DNA of 64,000 bases, taken from positions 11,844,001-11,908,000 of the forward strand of contig OZ076409.1 of NCBI GenBank assembly GCA_964187785.1. The letters are read 5' to 3'. The position numbers were made by a program, and so were the translations under genes. Under the pieces are notes generated by a model. That model made no database searches, was not told where the DNA came from, and saw only the letters and a list, made by a program, of their open reading frames with translations. Below, one piece after another: positions 1 to 10,012 of the stretch. The stretch is from Amphiscolops sp. MND2022. Its lineage: Eukaryota. Positions within the stretch are counted from its first letter, which is position 1. Each line of letters begins with the position of its first letter.

Positions 1-307
1 TCGATGACACTTCGCACGCATGAGCACCGTTGGGTCTATGAATACTGTGTCAAAATTGTATAAAAACCGTAAACAATGATTCGAGACAACACAGAGGAGT
101 GAGAAGCATCTGACGCTGTTTTGTTGGTTTGTTCGTTTGACTGAAAGATAACACGAAATCCGGTGTTCTATCCCCCACCTCAAGACTCCAGTTGTAATTT
201 TGTTGCCTTCCCCTACTAATTTGGCAAGAGGCTTTGTTTTTATGGCGAGCTTGACCCGCACCCAAATGAGGTATAACAACTCAAGCTCGACATGAATGTG
301 AGAAGAT

Positions 308-368
308 AGCCATTACAGGACTCGAACCTGCATCTTAAGATAAATATAAACCAATAGACCAAATGGCT
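308..368 (-). pseudogene. tRNA-derived sequence (internally deleted copy)
   Basis: AGCCATT/AATGGCT acceptor-like stem, A-box-like TGGTCTATTGG and T-arm GCAGG-TTCGAGT-CCTGT. The anticodon arm is truncated. Confidence 0.55.
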
Positions 369-589
369 CATTTAACCTTACCAATCTCTCGACTTATCAC
401 TGACAACGCCCTTCTTATGATGTTATTCCTTCAAAAATTTATGTTTCGATGAAAAACAATGAAACTTCTAGCGCCCCTTAGTGCCTAAAGCCCTCAGGCA
501 CGGTAAACTGTGTACAATATAACATTTTTAACGGATGGGTCCAATTAACGTGCGATAATTCCGGTTGCTGACTTTACTGCCAACATTTA

Positions 590-1070
590 CGTTCCAGTAC
601 CACCGTGAAGATAAACTTCCGTCAGCGTGTCTCTGAATTTTTATATCCAGGAACACAACACAGACTTGATTGTCAGATGTTTCAAATGTGAATTTAAGAT
701 TTTCGTGCAATGTGTTGACACAACCGAGTGAGTACGAATCACCACCGAAACGCAAGGTTCTTATAGCATCATCCACATACCGGTTGTAGCATTTGCTAAA
801 CGATTCCGTTTCAGCGTCATGTTTGGAAACATATATTTTAGCGAGTAGCGAACGCACTGAACTTCGCAATGCGACACCATCATCAATCTGTTTGAAGTTC
901 CTTCGATGTGTTAGCAAAATTACTTCCTTTGAAACCCTTTAGTTTAGTGGAGTATAAGAGGTCCACTGTGTAATTTAATGCTTTTACATAGAGGAACTTT
1001 ATAAACAAGCTCACTATATCGAGACTCACAACAACTTCATAGTCATCCAGTTTCGATGTCTGAATAGTGT
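590..1070 (-). pseudogene. Penelope-like element (PLE) reverse transcriptase relic, frameshifted
   Basis: Motifs VSLDIVSLF, FKQIDDGVALRSSVRSLLAKIY, RYVDD, NTLHENLKFTFE and FLDIKI match the PLE RT pattern (SxDVxSLF, KQxDGxAMGSP, RYVDD, NxxHxxxKFTxE, FLD) across two frames. Confidence 0.8.
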
Positions 1071-1375
1071 GTTGATGACACTGCGCACGCATGAGCACCG
1101 TTGGGTATAAAAATACTGTGCCAAAAATGTACAAAAACCTTAAGCAATGATTTGAGACAACACAGACGAGTAAGAAGCATCTGACGCTGTTTTGTTTGTT
1201 TGTTCGTTTGGCTGAAAGGTAACACAAAATCCGGTGTTCTATCCCCCACCTCAAGACTCCGGTTGTAAATTTTTTTCCTTCTTTACTAATTTGGCAAGAG
1301 TTTTGTTTTTTGGGTAGCTTGACACAAACCCAAATGAGGTATAACAACCCAAGCTCGACATGAATGTGAGAAGAT

Positions 1376-1451
1376 AGCCATTACAGTGCTCGAACCTGCA
1401 TCTTAAGATAAATCTAGCTGTCAAGTGCCTTAACCACTAGACCAAATGGTT
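1376..1451 (-). pseudogene. tRNA-like / SINE-head sequence
   Basis: 76 nt with TGGTCTAGTGGTTAAGGC (A box/D arm), GGTTCGAG (B box) and CCATT/AATGG pairing. The anticodon loop is oversized and the T stem is mismatched. Confidence 0.55.
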
Positions 1452-1486
1452 AATTTAATCTTACCAATCTCTCGACTTATCACTGA

Positions 1487-3425
1487 TGTCGCAGGCTGCC
1501 GCCTGTGATGGTACAAGGATCACTACTACCGCAGAAGGACAGGAAATAGCGGCCGGAACTCTACCAATATTTTAGAGGTAAACATTAAAAACACAAACTT
1601 TGCTATTATTTTTTAGTCTACAAGTTGTACCTGTTATCGTTGCAAATTTTACACTTAGTATATAGTTTGCTGATATTAGTCCGTTAATGCCAACATTTGA
1701 AAATTCAGATGATGTATTGATAATTGTAAGAGCTAGAAGTGCAGTATGAACACGCTGTTATAGCAATAGATAGGCAGCTAGAAAGCGTGAAGGAAACGAG
1801 TTCAAGTGAACGTAACTCCAATTCCGGAGACGTCACTTGAGCTCAACCTGTTAGCCAATCATATTCATCCATTTGAGTAATAGTAGTGCTGTAGTTAATT
1901 AATGACCGGTTTAGGCCATATGCCGGAACTTCATCTTTATCTATTGGCGCTTTAGTCAAACGGCCGGTTCCGGCCTTAATGTTCAGATGAAAGAATATTA
2001 GTGCAAGCACTGTTGCGTTTCGTTAAATAGTAGTCTAATCACGTTGCTGTACTAATTAAACGTTCATTTTAGCTAATTGGCGCTTTATTTTATCCATTCC
2101 AATATTAGGCCGAATAAAGCCATTTGCCTGACTTCTATCCTCTGTTGCTGTGACCAATTGGACAGTGGCCGGTTGAGGCCCCTTTTCAATACTATTATTC
2201 AGATGCTAATTACAATCATTTAGTGTACTTTAAATGTCATGTATAGTTACAAGTACGTCGTAAAGACTCATGTAACTCTTGAAATTAATTGATGTAATCA
2301 ATACCAATGTATGATGTTGCTACCAATATTAGTCCAAAGGACATGTCTGACCATATTTACTAGTTGACACGTGGAATCTGTGTGCATATTATATAAAGGA
2401 AAATATGTGCTTTTACATGTAACATTGCTGTATACAAGTTGATCTAGCCTGCTAACGGGGCACGTGCCGACACGAGATTGTCAGCATTCCTGAAATATTA
2501 GCGGCGTAAACATTTTAATCGATGCTATTTGATGTACCGTGTGCCTTTTGAATACTTGTTATAGTTGTCAAAACAGGAATTTGATCGGCCGCGTGACCTT
2601 ACGATCACGATTCGGCGGCACTTTGATGCTTACATAGTCGAGTTAAGTCAGGTGCTTTCGGAATGTGTTTGTAACATTTTTTGGCTGTTTGCATCATGTT
2701 TATCCCGCCCAAGGAAGTATATATAGGGGCAACTTCCTTTGGGTGGACACAATCTTGTTTTGCTCCTAATACTCAGTTGATAACACTTTTCCGTTAACGA
2801 CCACCAATTCTGTTTTCCGGTTCTGATAATTTAACTATTCAACCCGGTTTAGTCTTGATGCCTACTACTAGAAAACAAAAGAAGGCTAGGAAATCTAGAG
2901 GATTGGAAATTCTCTCTGATATTGAAAACCTTGATATAATGTTAGGGGAGAACCATTTTGATGGAACAGAAAGAGACGAAAGTCTCGAAAGGACATCTAT
3001 CAGGAGACAAGAAAGTGTCACTAGCAATAACTTAGAAAATGAAGGACTAGGCCCTTATGCCGATTATGGAAACCATAGGGTCGGGACTAGTGCCATTCAT
3101 GACCAGAATTCAGCAAGTGTAGATTCTCAAGCTGAGATTAACAAACTGTCGAGCGAGTTGAACTCCAGAATATCTAGGGAGATGGATGTGATGATGAATA
3201 GTGTCAGTTCTCAAATCCAAAGAGCTATAAATGATGCCATTTATAACCAGGTTTTACCCCAAATCCAGAACGTTATTATGGCCGGCTCAGGACAGGAGAC
3301 TAGAAGGGGATGGGAGAGATCCGATGAGAGACCGGAAAGTTATTCCGAAGTTCAGCACAACGTGAAAGCTAAAACTACTCTCAACAGTGAACACGGTGAC
3401 AAAAACCACCGTAATGGTCACGACA
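1487..3425 (+). repeat. 5' LTR of element 1 (1939 bp)
   Basis: Direct repeat of 15967-17883 with TGTCG/CGACA inverted termini. By eye it differs by ~17 substitutions and 2 indels (23 bp and 1 bp). Confidence 0.97.
2718..2725 (+). promoter_or_regulatory. Putative LTR TATA box, inside an inverted repeat CCCAAGGAAG...CTTCCTTTGGG
   Basis: TATATATA 140 nt upstream of the gag ATG. Equivalent TATA boxes lie 131 nt (20165) and 147 nt (60600, minus strand) upstream of the gag ATG in elements 2 and 3. Confidence 0.65.
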
Positions 3426-4552
3426 TGGTGACAGGAGACAACGAATCTCCAAATCCAGTTCCTGAGTTTCTCACAGGACGAATCTCATCCAGAAATCATC
3501 TCGACAGGTCCTTTGAGGACATCCACCTCGACACGACGATCCCAGCACAAGAGAGAATCGCTACGGCTGCTGACTCCGACCCCATCACTCGACTGGCAGA
3601 CGTCTTAACTACAATGCAGAATAGACGGACAGCCCAACAACTCACCATACGCCCAGTCAACTCAAATACGATGACATTCGATGGCAAAAGTGAGAAATTC
3701 GAGCTGTTCGAAGACCTATTTCACACTATGATCAAGATGCAGCCAGAAATGACTGAGCAAATGAAGATCAATCACTTCCACTCTTTATTGAGGAAGAATG
3801 CTCTTCAGACGTTCAGAAAGATCAGCTCAAGCAACCGACAAACTCTAGAGGACGTATTAGTCATCTTTAGACGAAAATACGTCAAGCCCGAGTCACAGGC
3901 GACTGCCAAACATAAATGGCACCGTCTAGTCTTCGATCCCAATACGATGAAGCTGCCTGATTTTCTCGAAGAATTGAACCAGGGAGCCGAGAAGGCGCTT
4001 GGCGATCATGCACAGAAAATGATTGACAGCTTGCTCTACGCAAAGCTGCCACCTAAGTTGAAGCGGTCTGTCAACATGGCCAGATTAGAAAATGGCTCAT
4101 ATAATGAAATTGTTGCTCATTTGGAGAGAGAGTTGGAACTCAATGCCCTTGAGGAATCAGATGACCTACCAATGGCCACAATGACCTCCTCGACTACAAA
4201 ATCTAAAACTCCTCTGCCCACTGGGCAAATGTCAGACATTACTTGCAATTACTGCAAGGAAAAAGGCCACATGGTCAAAGACTGCGAAAAACTGAAAAAG
4301 AAAAAAGAGAAAGATGCCCAACAAGGCAAGTCGACGCAGAAGAAAACATACCCCGAGTGTGGCTTTTGTGGCAAAAAGAACCACCCGGAAGAACGATGTT
4401 GGCAAGGTGCTGGTGCACATCTTAAACCCAAACGCACTAGACCTGATGACTCAACTGAAAATAAGCCCAATCCAAAGGCTCAGAAACCTCAGACCAAACC
4501 GACATCATCGAGCTCCCAATCCTCATATCCTAATGATGAGTCAAAAAACTAA
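2858..4552 (+). CDS. gag: Gag (capsid-like region plus two CX2CX4HX4C zinc knuckles), starting inside the 5' LTR
   Basis: Intact ORF with FDGKSEKFELFEDLF, CNYCKEKGHMVKDC and CGFCGKKNHPEERC. Confidence 0.93.
   Translation: MPTTRKQKKARKSRGLEILSDIENLDIMLGENHFDGTERDESLERTSIRRQESVTSNNLENEGLGPYADYGNHRVGTSAIHDQNSASVDSQAEINKLSSELNSRISREMDVMMNSVSSQIQRAINDAIYNQVLPQIQNVIMAGSGQETRRGWERSDERPESYSEVQHNVKAKTTLNSEHGDKNHRNGHDMVTGDNESPNPVPEFLTGRISSRNHLDRSFEDIHLDTTIPAQERIATAADSDPITRLADVLTTMQNRRTAQQLTIRPVNSNTMTFDGKSEKFELFEDLFHTMIKMQPEMTEQMKINHFHSLLRKNALQTFRKISSSNRQTLEDVLVIFRRKYVKPESQATAKHKWHRLVFDPNTMKLPDFLEELNQGAEKALGDHAQKMIDSLLYAKLPPKLKRSVNMARLENGSYNEIVAHLERELELNALEESDDLPMATMTSSTTKSKTPLPTGQMSDITCNYCKEKGHMVKDCEKLKKKKEKDAQQGKSTQKKTYPECGFCGKKNHPEERCWQGAGAHLKPKRTRPDDSTENKPNPKAQKPQTKPTSSSSQSSYPNDESKN
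3426..3438 (+). promoter_or_regulatory. Primer binding site TGGTGACAGGAG
   Basis: Starts with TGG immediately after the LTR terminal CA, and the identical 12-mer occurs at 20674 in element 2. It resembles Leu-tRNA-type PBSs, but the primer identity is not verified. Confidence 0.85.
4543..4549 (+). promoter_or_regulatory. -1 ribosomal frameshift slippery site A-AAA-AAC
   Basis: Sits directly before the gag stop, and the -1 frame is open into pol. The same heptamer is at 21664-21670 in element 2. Confidence 0.85.
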
Positions 4553-7500
4553 CTTCGCCACGACTCCAATATAACGAATTAATATCTGTCCGACATTACA
4601 TCAGATCGGACCCTCAAACGCAAACCTTCCACCAATACAATCAGCAATTGATGGGCTATCCCTCTGTTGTCTGGCAGCAGCAGATGGAAAAAGCTACCAT
4701 CATCACCTACAATAACACCGATTTATTCCAGAAACCAATTCCTGTTTGGGACCCTGATTACACCACTACCTTCACCACCCGCTTCAGGCCCATTCCCCTA
4801 ATCGATGATTACAATCCAACATACATCGATCCAGACTACGGCAGAGATCCCTATCGAGACACCGAGCTTTACAACCAAGATTCACTGCAATTTCAATATG
4901 TCCTGGACGATATTGACTATTACAATAGAACAATCCACGAGAACCCTCCAATTACCCATAGCAAGAAAACACGAGCGCTAATTGAAAACTGGCAAATGAA
5001 TGATGGCACAAACCATCCAGTGTTCCCAAACCCACTGGGGACCGAGAATCCTGAAAACAGTGGTAAAATCACGCCACAATCATTACTAGACGAAAAACAA
5101 TTCCAAAACGTACTCATCACCAGAGAAGGTGAACCAGACTGTATACCCCTGTCAACCAACATCAACCTCAAATGCAAGAAACGCATGCTTTATTTCCCAA
5201 TGGACTTTGGGGAGTTGACCATTGATGGATTAATAGACACTGGAGCACTGTCCAGTGCAATCCCTGAAATGGACCTCCGGAAAATCCGCCTTCTATCTCC
5301 ACAATCTGTTATCCGAGAAGGTCCGCCTCCGAACTTCCAAATCATGGTCGCTAATGGGCAACTGGAAACTCCTAAGAGTACCATAGAGCTCAAATTCGAA
5401 GTTGGTGACATTGAGTTCCATGAAATCTTCATAGTAATGGAACATTTGACAGGACCGATCATTGGACTAAAGTTCCTTCAAAGAAACCATACAGTGCTGG
5501 ACATGAGACAAGGGATATTAAATTTCCCGTTCTTTTCAATGCAGCTCAAAACGGCTGACCATAAGTATTCAAATGTATTAGAACCAATTCTCAACCCTAT
5601 TGAGATAACAATTCCACCAAATGATAAAGTCCTAATTAGGACCAATTCCCTACTCTACCCTGAGAATGCTGTCACTGGAATTTTGCAACCGAGCGACCTT
5701 CTACATGAGGAAGGCGACATCACATTTTGCCCAGCTTTGGTCACTCTGAATGACGGCAATATATTGATACCAGTGAACAATTTCACAGACCACCCTTATA
5801 AACTCAAAAAGGGACTACATATTGCCAATTTCTCTGTCATGACGCCAGAACAGATGAAGTATGTCAAACCGGTAGACCCGGCATCAACCTGGCACCTTTT
5901 GCAGAATGACCAGGAGCAAGCAGCCCATTATGTCAGCAGTCTCATCAAGACCAATAGAAATCCACAAAACTCCGAAAATTATTGGTTCCCAACTCCAGAA
6001 AACCCTGGAAACCCTGAGGAACACACACCTATACAAAAACGAATCCTACGCGAGTTACAGGCCTTACAAGACCTGGAAACACTCGACCCCACTACAGATG
6101 CAGAATCGCGTGCGAAATTCTTAGAAAACTTTGACTGGAAGGACTCCACCCTTACTCCTGAAGAGAAGGAGAAATTTGAGGAATTATTAGTGGAATTCCA
6201 TGACATCTTTGCACGACACCGATTTGATATAGGCATGAACGAGGAATTCAAGGTGAAACTAACGCCTAAGGACGATTCCCTAGCCTATAGTCAAAGCCTC
6301 CCAGCTCCTATCAATCTGAAGGAGGACATCCTAGTCGAATTAGCCATGTTACACAAGTATGGCATCATCACCACCCTACCGTTCTCGAAATATGCATAAT
6401 AACTACAATGCCATTTTCGAAATACGCTAGTCCAATTTTCGCACAAAAGAAGCCGAATGGGAAACTCCGACTCTTGGTTGACTTGAGAAAAATCAACAAC
6501 CTCATCTCGGATGGTTACATCAACAATAATCACCCCGTCAGCACACTAGTTGATGCTGCCCAACACTTGGCAGGCAAAAAACTGTTCTGCAAATTAGACT
6601 GTTCGCAGGCATACCACTGTCTACCAATGGCAGACCAACGTTCAATCGAAATGTTGGCTTTCAATTTTGCCAGTCGCACATTCGCTTACAGACGTTTAGC
6701 ACAAGGCCTTAGCCGGTCACTATCCGCATTCTCGAGTTTCATGAGAGAATACCTTGACAAAGTCATTGAAGCGGATCAGTGTGCCCAGTATGTGGACGAT
6801 ATCGGCATCGCAGCCAACGATGTTGACCACCTCATGACGAACCTGAGAGCTACGTTCAAATGCATCCAGGAAGCAGGCCTTAAGTTAACAATGCACAAAT
6901 GTCACTTCGGTGCAAAAGAAATTGATTTTCTCGGACGGACTATTACCCCACAAGGCGTCAAACCCCAGAAACAGAATGTGCAAAACTTTCTGGAAAAGAC
7001 CAAATTCCCGAAGTCGAAAAAGTCTTTACAGCGATATTTGGGATTCCTAAACTACTACAGGAATTATGTCCCAAGACTCTCCGAACGCCTTGCTCCATTC
7101 TACAAGATGCTCAAAAGTGACGAAAAGGTCCTAGTATCGAAAGAATTAGTCCAACAATTCGAAGAAATCAACAGAGCACTAGACAAATGTTGCGACTTGG
7201 CCCTACAGCAACCCATTCCGAGCAAGCAAATAGCACTAATGACTGATGCAAGTTTTGGTGCAGCCGGGTACGCGGTCCTAATCGAAGACGACCCAAGCCA
7301 GAAATTTACGTCACTCAGAAAATCGTATGCACCGGTCGCATATGGATCAAAAACCTTCACCCCAGCACAGATCAAGATGTCAATTTATGCCAAGGAATTC
7401 CTTTCAATTTTATTTGCATTCAAAGAATTCCGACATATCTTCTGGGGTGCGCCGAAACCGGTCATCATCCTTACGGACAACAAAGCTGTCACGAGATTTT

Positions 7501-9787
7501 TCCAAACAAAAATAATACCCCCAGCCCTGTGGAACGCGTGTGATTTTGTCATTCAGTTCAATTTTGCCATAGCACACATCCCAGGGGCACAAAATACAGC
7601 TGCCGACTATTTGTCCCGATTGGAAGCAGATCCGAAGGGCAAATTGGTGATGAAAATTCGTGAAGACGTACAAACACTACCAATCGAAATCAATGTCCAA
7701 TCCGCAGGGGTGTCACAAGAAGAACAAATCTTCTACACCAATGACGACGACGAGACAGAAGAACAGTTTTGGGCAAAAAAGAAGCAATCAAGAAAAACCC
7801 AGCAACTGATGAGCCCACAGTTACTATACAAACTCTGTCAACAAACCAGGTCAAGCAACACCCCGACATACAAGTCCGATTGAGGAAAACGAACCAGTTC
7901 ATTATTGAGCAATCCAAAGATGCAGTATTACAACAATTGAAGGCAAAACTCCTTCATGAAGATTATTCAGAAAACATACTGCAACAGGATGCCCGATACA
8001 GACACTATGCAAACAATCTGGAACGAATTGTACTAAAAGACGAAATCCTGACAAGGCAATACTTTGATGAAACAGGGAACGTTAAATACCATCAAATTCT
8101 GCTCCCGCAACATTTACTTCAGGAACTGCTTAAGTCTCTCCACGGGACAGCGCATAAGCATCCTGGGATTTCAAAAATGTTGCAGGAAATTAGACAGAAG
8201 TATTACTACCCTAGCATGGCTAAACGCGTCAAAAAGTGGGTAGAAGGGTGCGAACAATGTGCCAGAGACAAAAGACTCCCTAACGCAACGATCACACCTG
8301 AACTGCTCAACTTGCCCGAATGGGACCTTGGACCTGAAGACGCCATGCAAATCGACCTATTGCCGAACCTTCCCCCAAGTGCAGGATATGAAAATGTCCT
8401 AACGGCAATTGATGTATTCTCCAGATATTTGTTCGCCTATCCCCTTACGGACGCATCAGCGATCAATGTAGCAAAAGCGCTCATTGACATCATGACTAAA
8501 CACTCATATCTACCAACGACTCTTATCACTGATAAAGGTACTGCATTTACTTATACAATTATTGCGGAGGTTACGCAGATTTTGGGCATCACACTCAAAT
8601 GTGCAACGACAAAACACCCGCAGACAATTGGGAAATTGGAGCGAACTCATGCCTCATTGAAAACAAATCTCAAAATGGCATGTGGGGAATATCGCCGACA
8701 ATGGCACAAATACTTGCCATTAGCAGTACTGAATCATAATACTATTTATCACGCCAGCATCGGGTGTGAACCGACGAGAGTATTTCACGGAAGAATTCCA
8801 TTCAATATACTGGATCACAAGCTTAGAAATAATCCAAACGAGCAGATCAACCCCACAACCGAATTTGCTGAAGAAATCCTAAACCGGACAAAAATCATGA
8901 TTGACAAAACGAAGCAAAACATTATGCAGTCGTATATCAAATACAAAGAATATTATGACCGCAAAGCAAAAGCCGCTCCACTAAAGGAGCACGAATACTG
9001 TTTTGTCCTACAGCCGAAAGCGGATAATCAAGGATCAAAAATTCCCTTCCGCGATTACCGTTGGGTTGGACCATTTGTAGTCCAAAAAGTTTTGCCAAAT
9101 GAAAACTATATAGTACGACGCATCAACACAAACAAAACTCAAATTTTACATCGGATTCGCCTTAAGAAGTTTGTCCCCAATCAACCGCTTGAAGACAATT
9201 TCCGTGAACAACGGTTACAGCCAGATGAAGAAATCGTCATTCCGCAAGATGATTTATATATCATAACGTGGGAAACCGACTTTGGCGAACAGCTAGTTAC
9301 ACGAGGAAGCGAGACTATTCCGACTAGCACGCCGAATGGCGAACGGCCGAATCCGGCAGAAACGAATACAAATGACGTAACCGAGAATGAAGCGGATTAC
9401 ATAATCACGCGAGAAGTAACGAACAACGGCAATGCAGCGCACAGCCGGAATGACCACTTAAGCGATGACGTCACTGAAAGAAATGAATCTACTGCAATCA
9501 CAGAAAATGAAGATTCTGACTGGCCGAATCCGGCCGTTTCCCCAAAAAACCAAGAAAAATCATTGCCGAATACGGCCGATAGACCGGAACCCGATGAAAA
9601 TTTTTCAGAAAGAAACTACTTGACGAATGAAAACCATACACAAAATTCTCCAAATAGGGGGGATGATATTATCGTGCCCGAAATATCTGAAAACGATGCT
9701 AGAAATGAAAACCTGAACCCTAGAGGAGGAAAATATAACCTCAGGCCTAACCCCAACCCAAACTACTCAGAAGACTTCAGATACTAA
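4549..9787 (+). pseudogene. pol: Pol (protease, dUTPase-like segment, RT, RNase H, integrase with GPF motif) with two frame disruptions (~6395 and ~7775)
   Basis: LIDTGA; YVDD; TDAS...TDNK...ADYLSR; LHGTAHKH...CEQC; QID/TDKG/LER catalytic triad region; WVGPF. Split over ORFs 4648-6399, 6408-7883 and 7769-9787. Confidence 0.95.
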
Positions 9788-10012
9788 GAATTGAATTTCT
9801 TCCCGAAAATGGGAATTCTCTTCTTTTCATTCTTTTTATCTTTTTTTGCCCCTCAGAGAATCTTTTACAATAAATAATTGGGGCATTACAAGTGATCCCT
9901 TACAAAGAAATAAATATGGGATCAAGGCAACAAAGAACAAAACGAAAATAAATACGAAACAGAAAATGAACAAGAGATACACTTTACAAGTACATAAATA
10001 CATATGTACACA

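Larger units (their letters stand above)
1..1486. repeat. Degenerate tandem duplication, period ~1.07-1.08 kb (1-403 repeats as 1072-1486)
   Basis: Both copies run from GATGACAC..CGCACGCATGAGCACCGTTGGG to CCAATCTCTCGACTTATCACTGA. Copy 2 is interrupted exactly there by the LTR at 1487. Confidence 0.9.

Noticed and set aside
1376..1451. Functional tRNA genes here and at 44198, 45503 and 56172
   Set aside because: A and B boxes are present but the cloverleaf stems or loops are non-canonical, so they are treated as SINE-like or pseudogenes.
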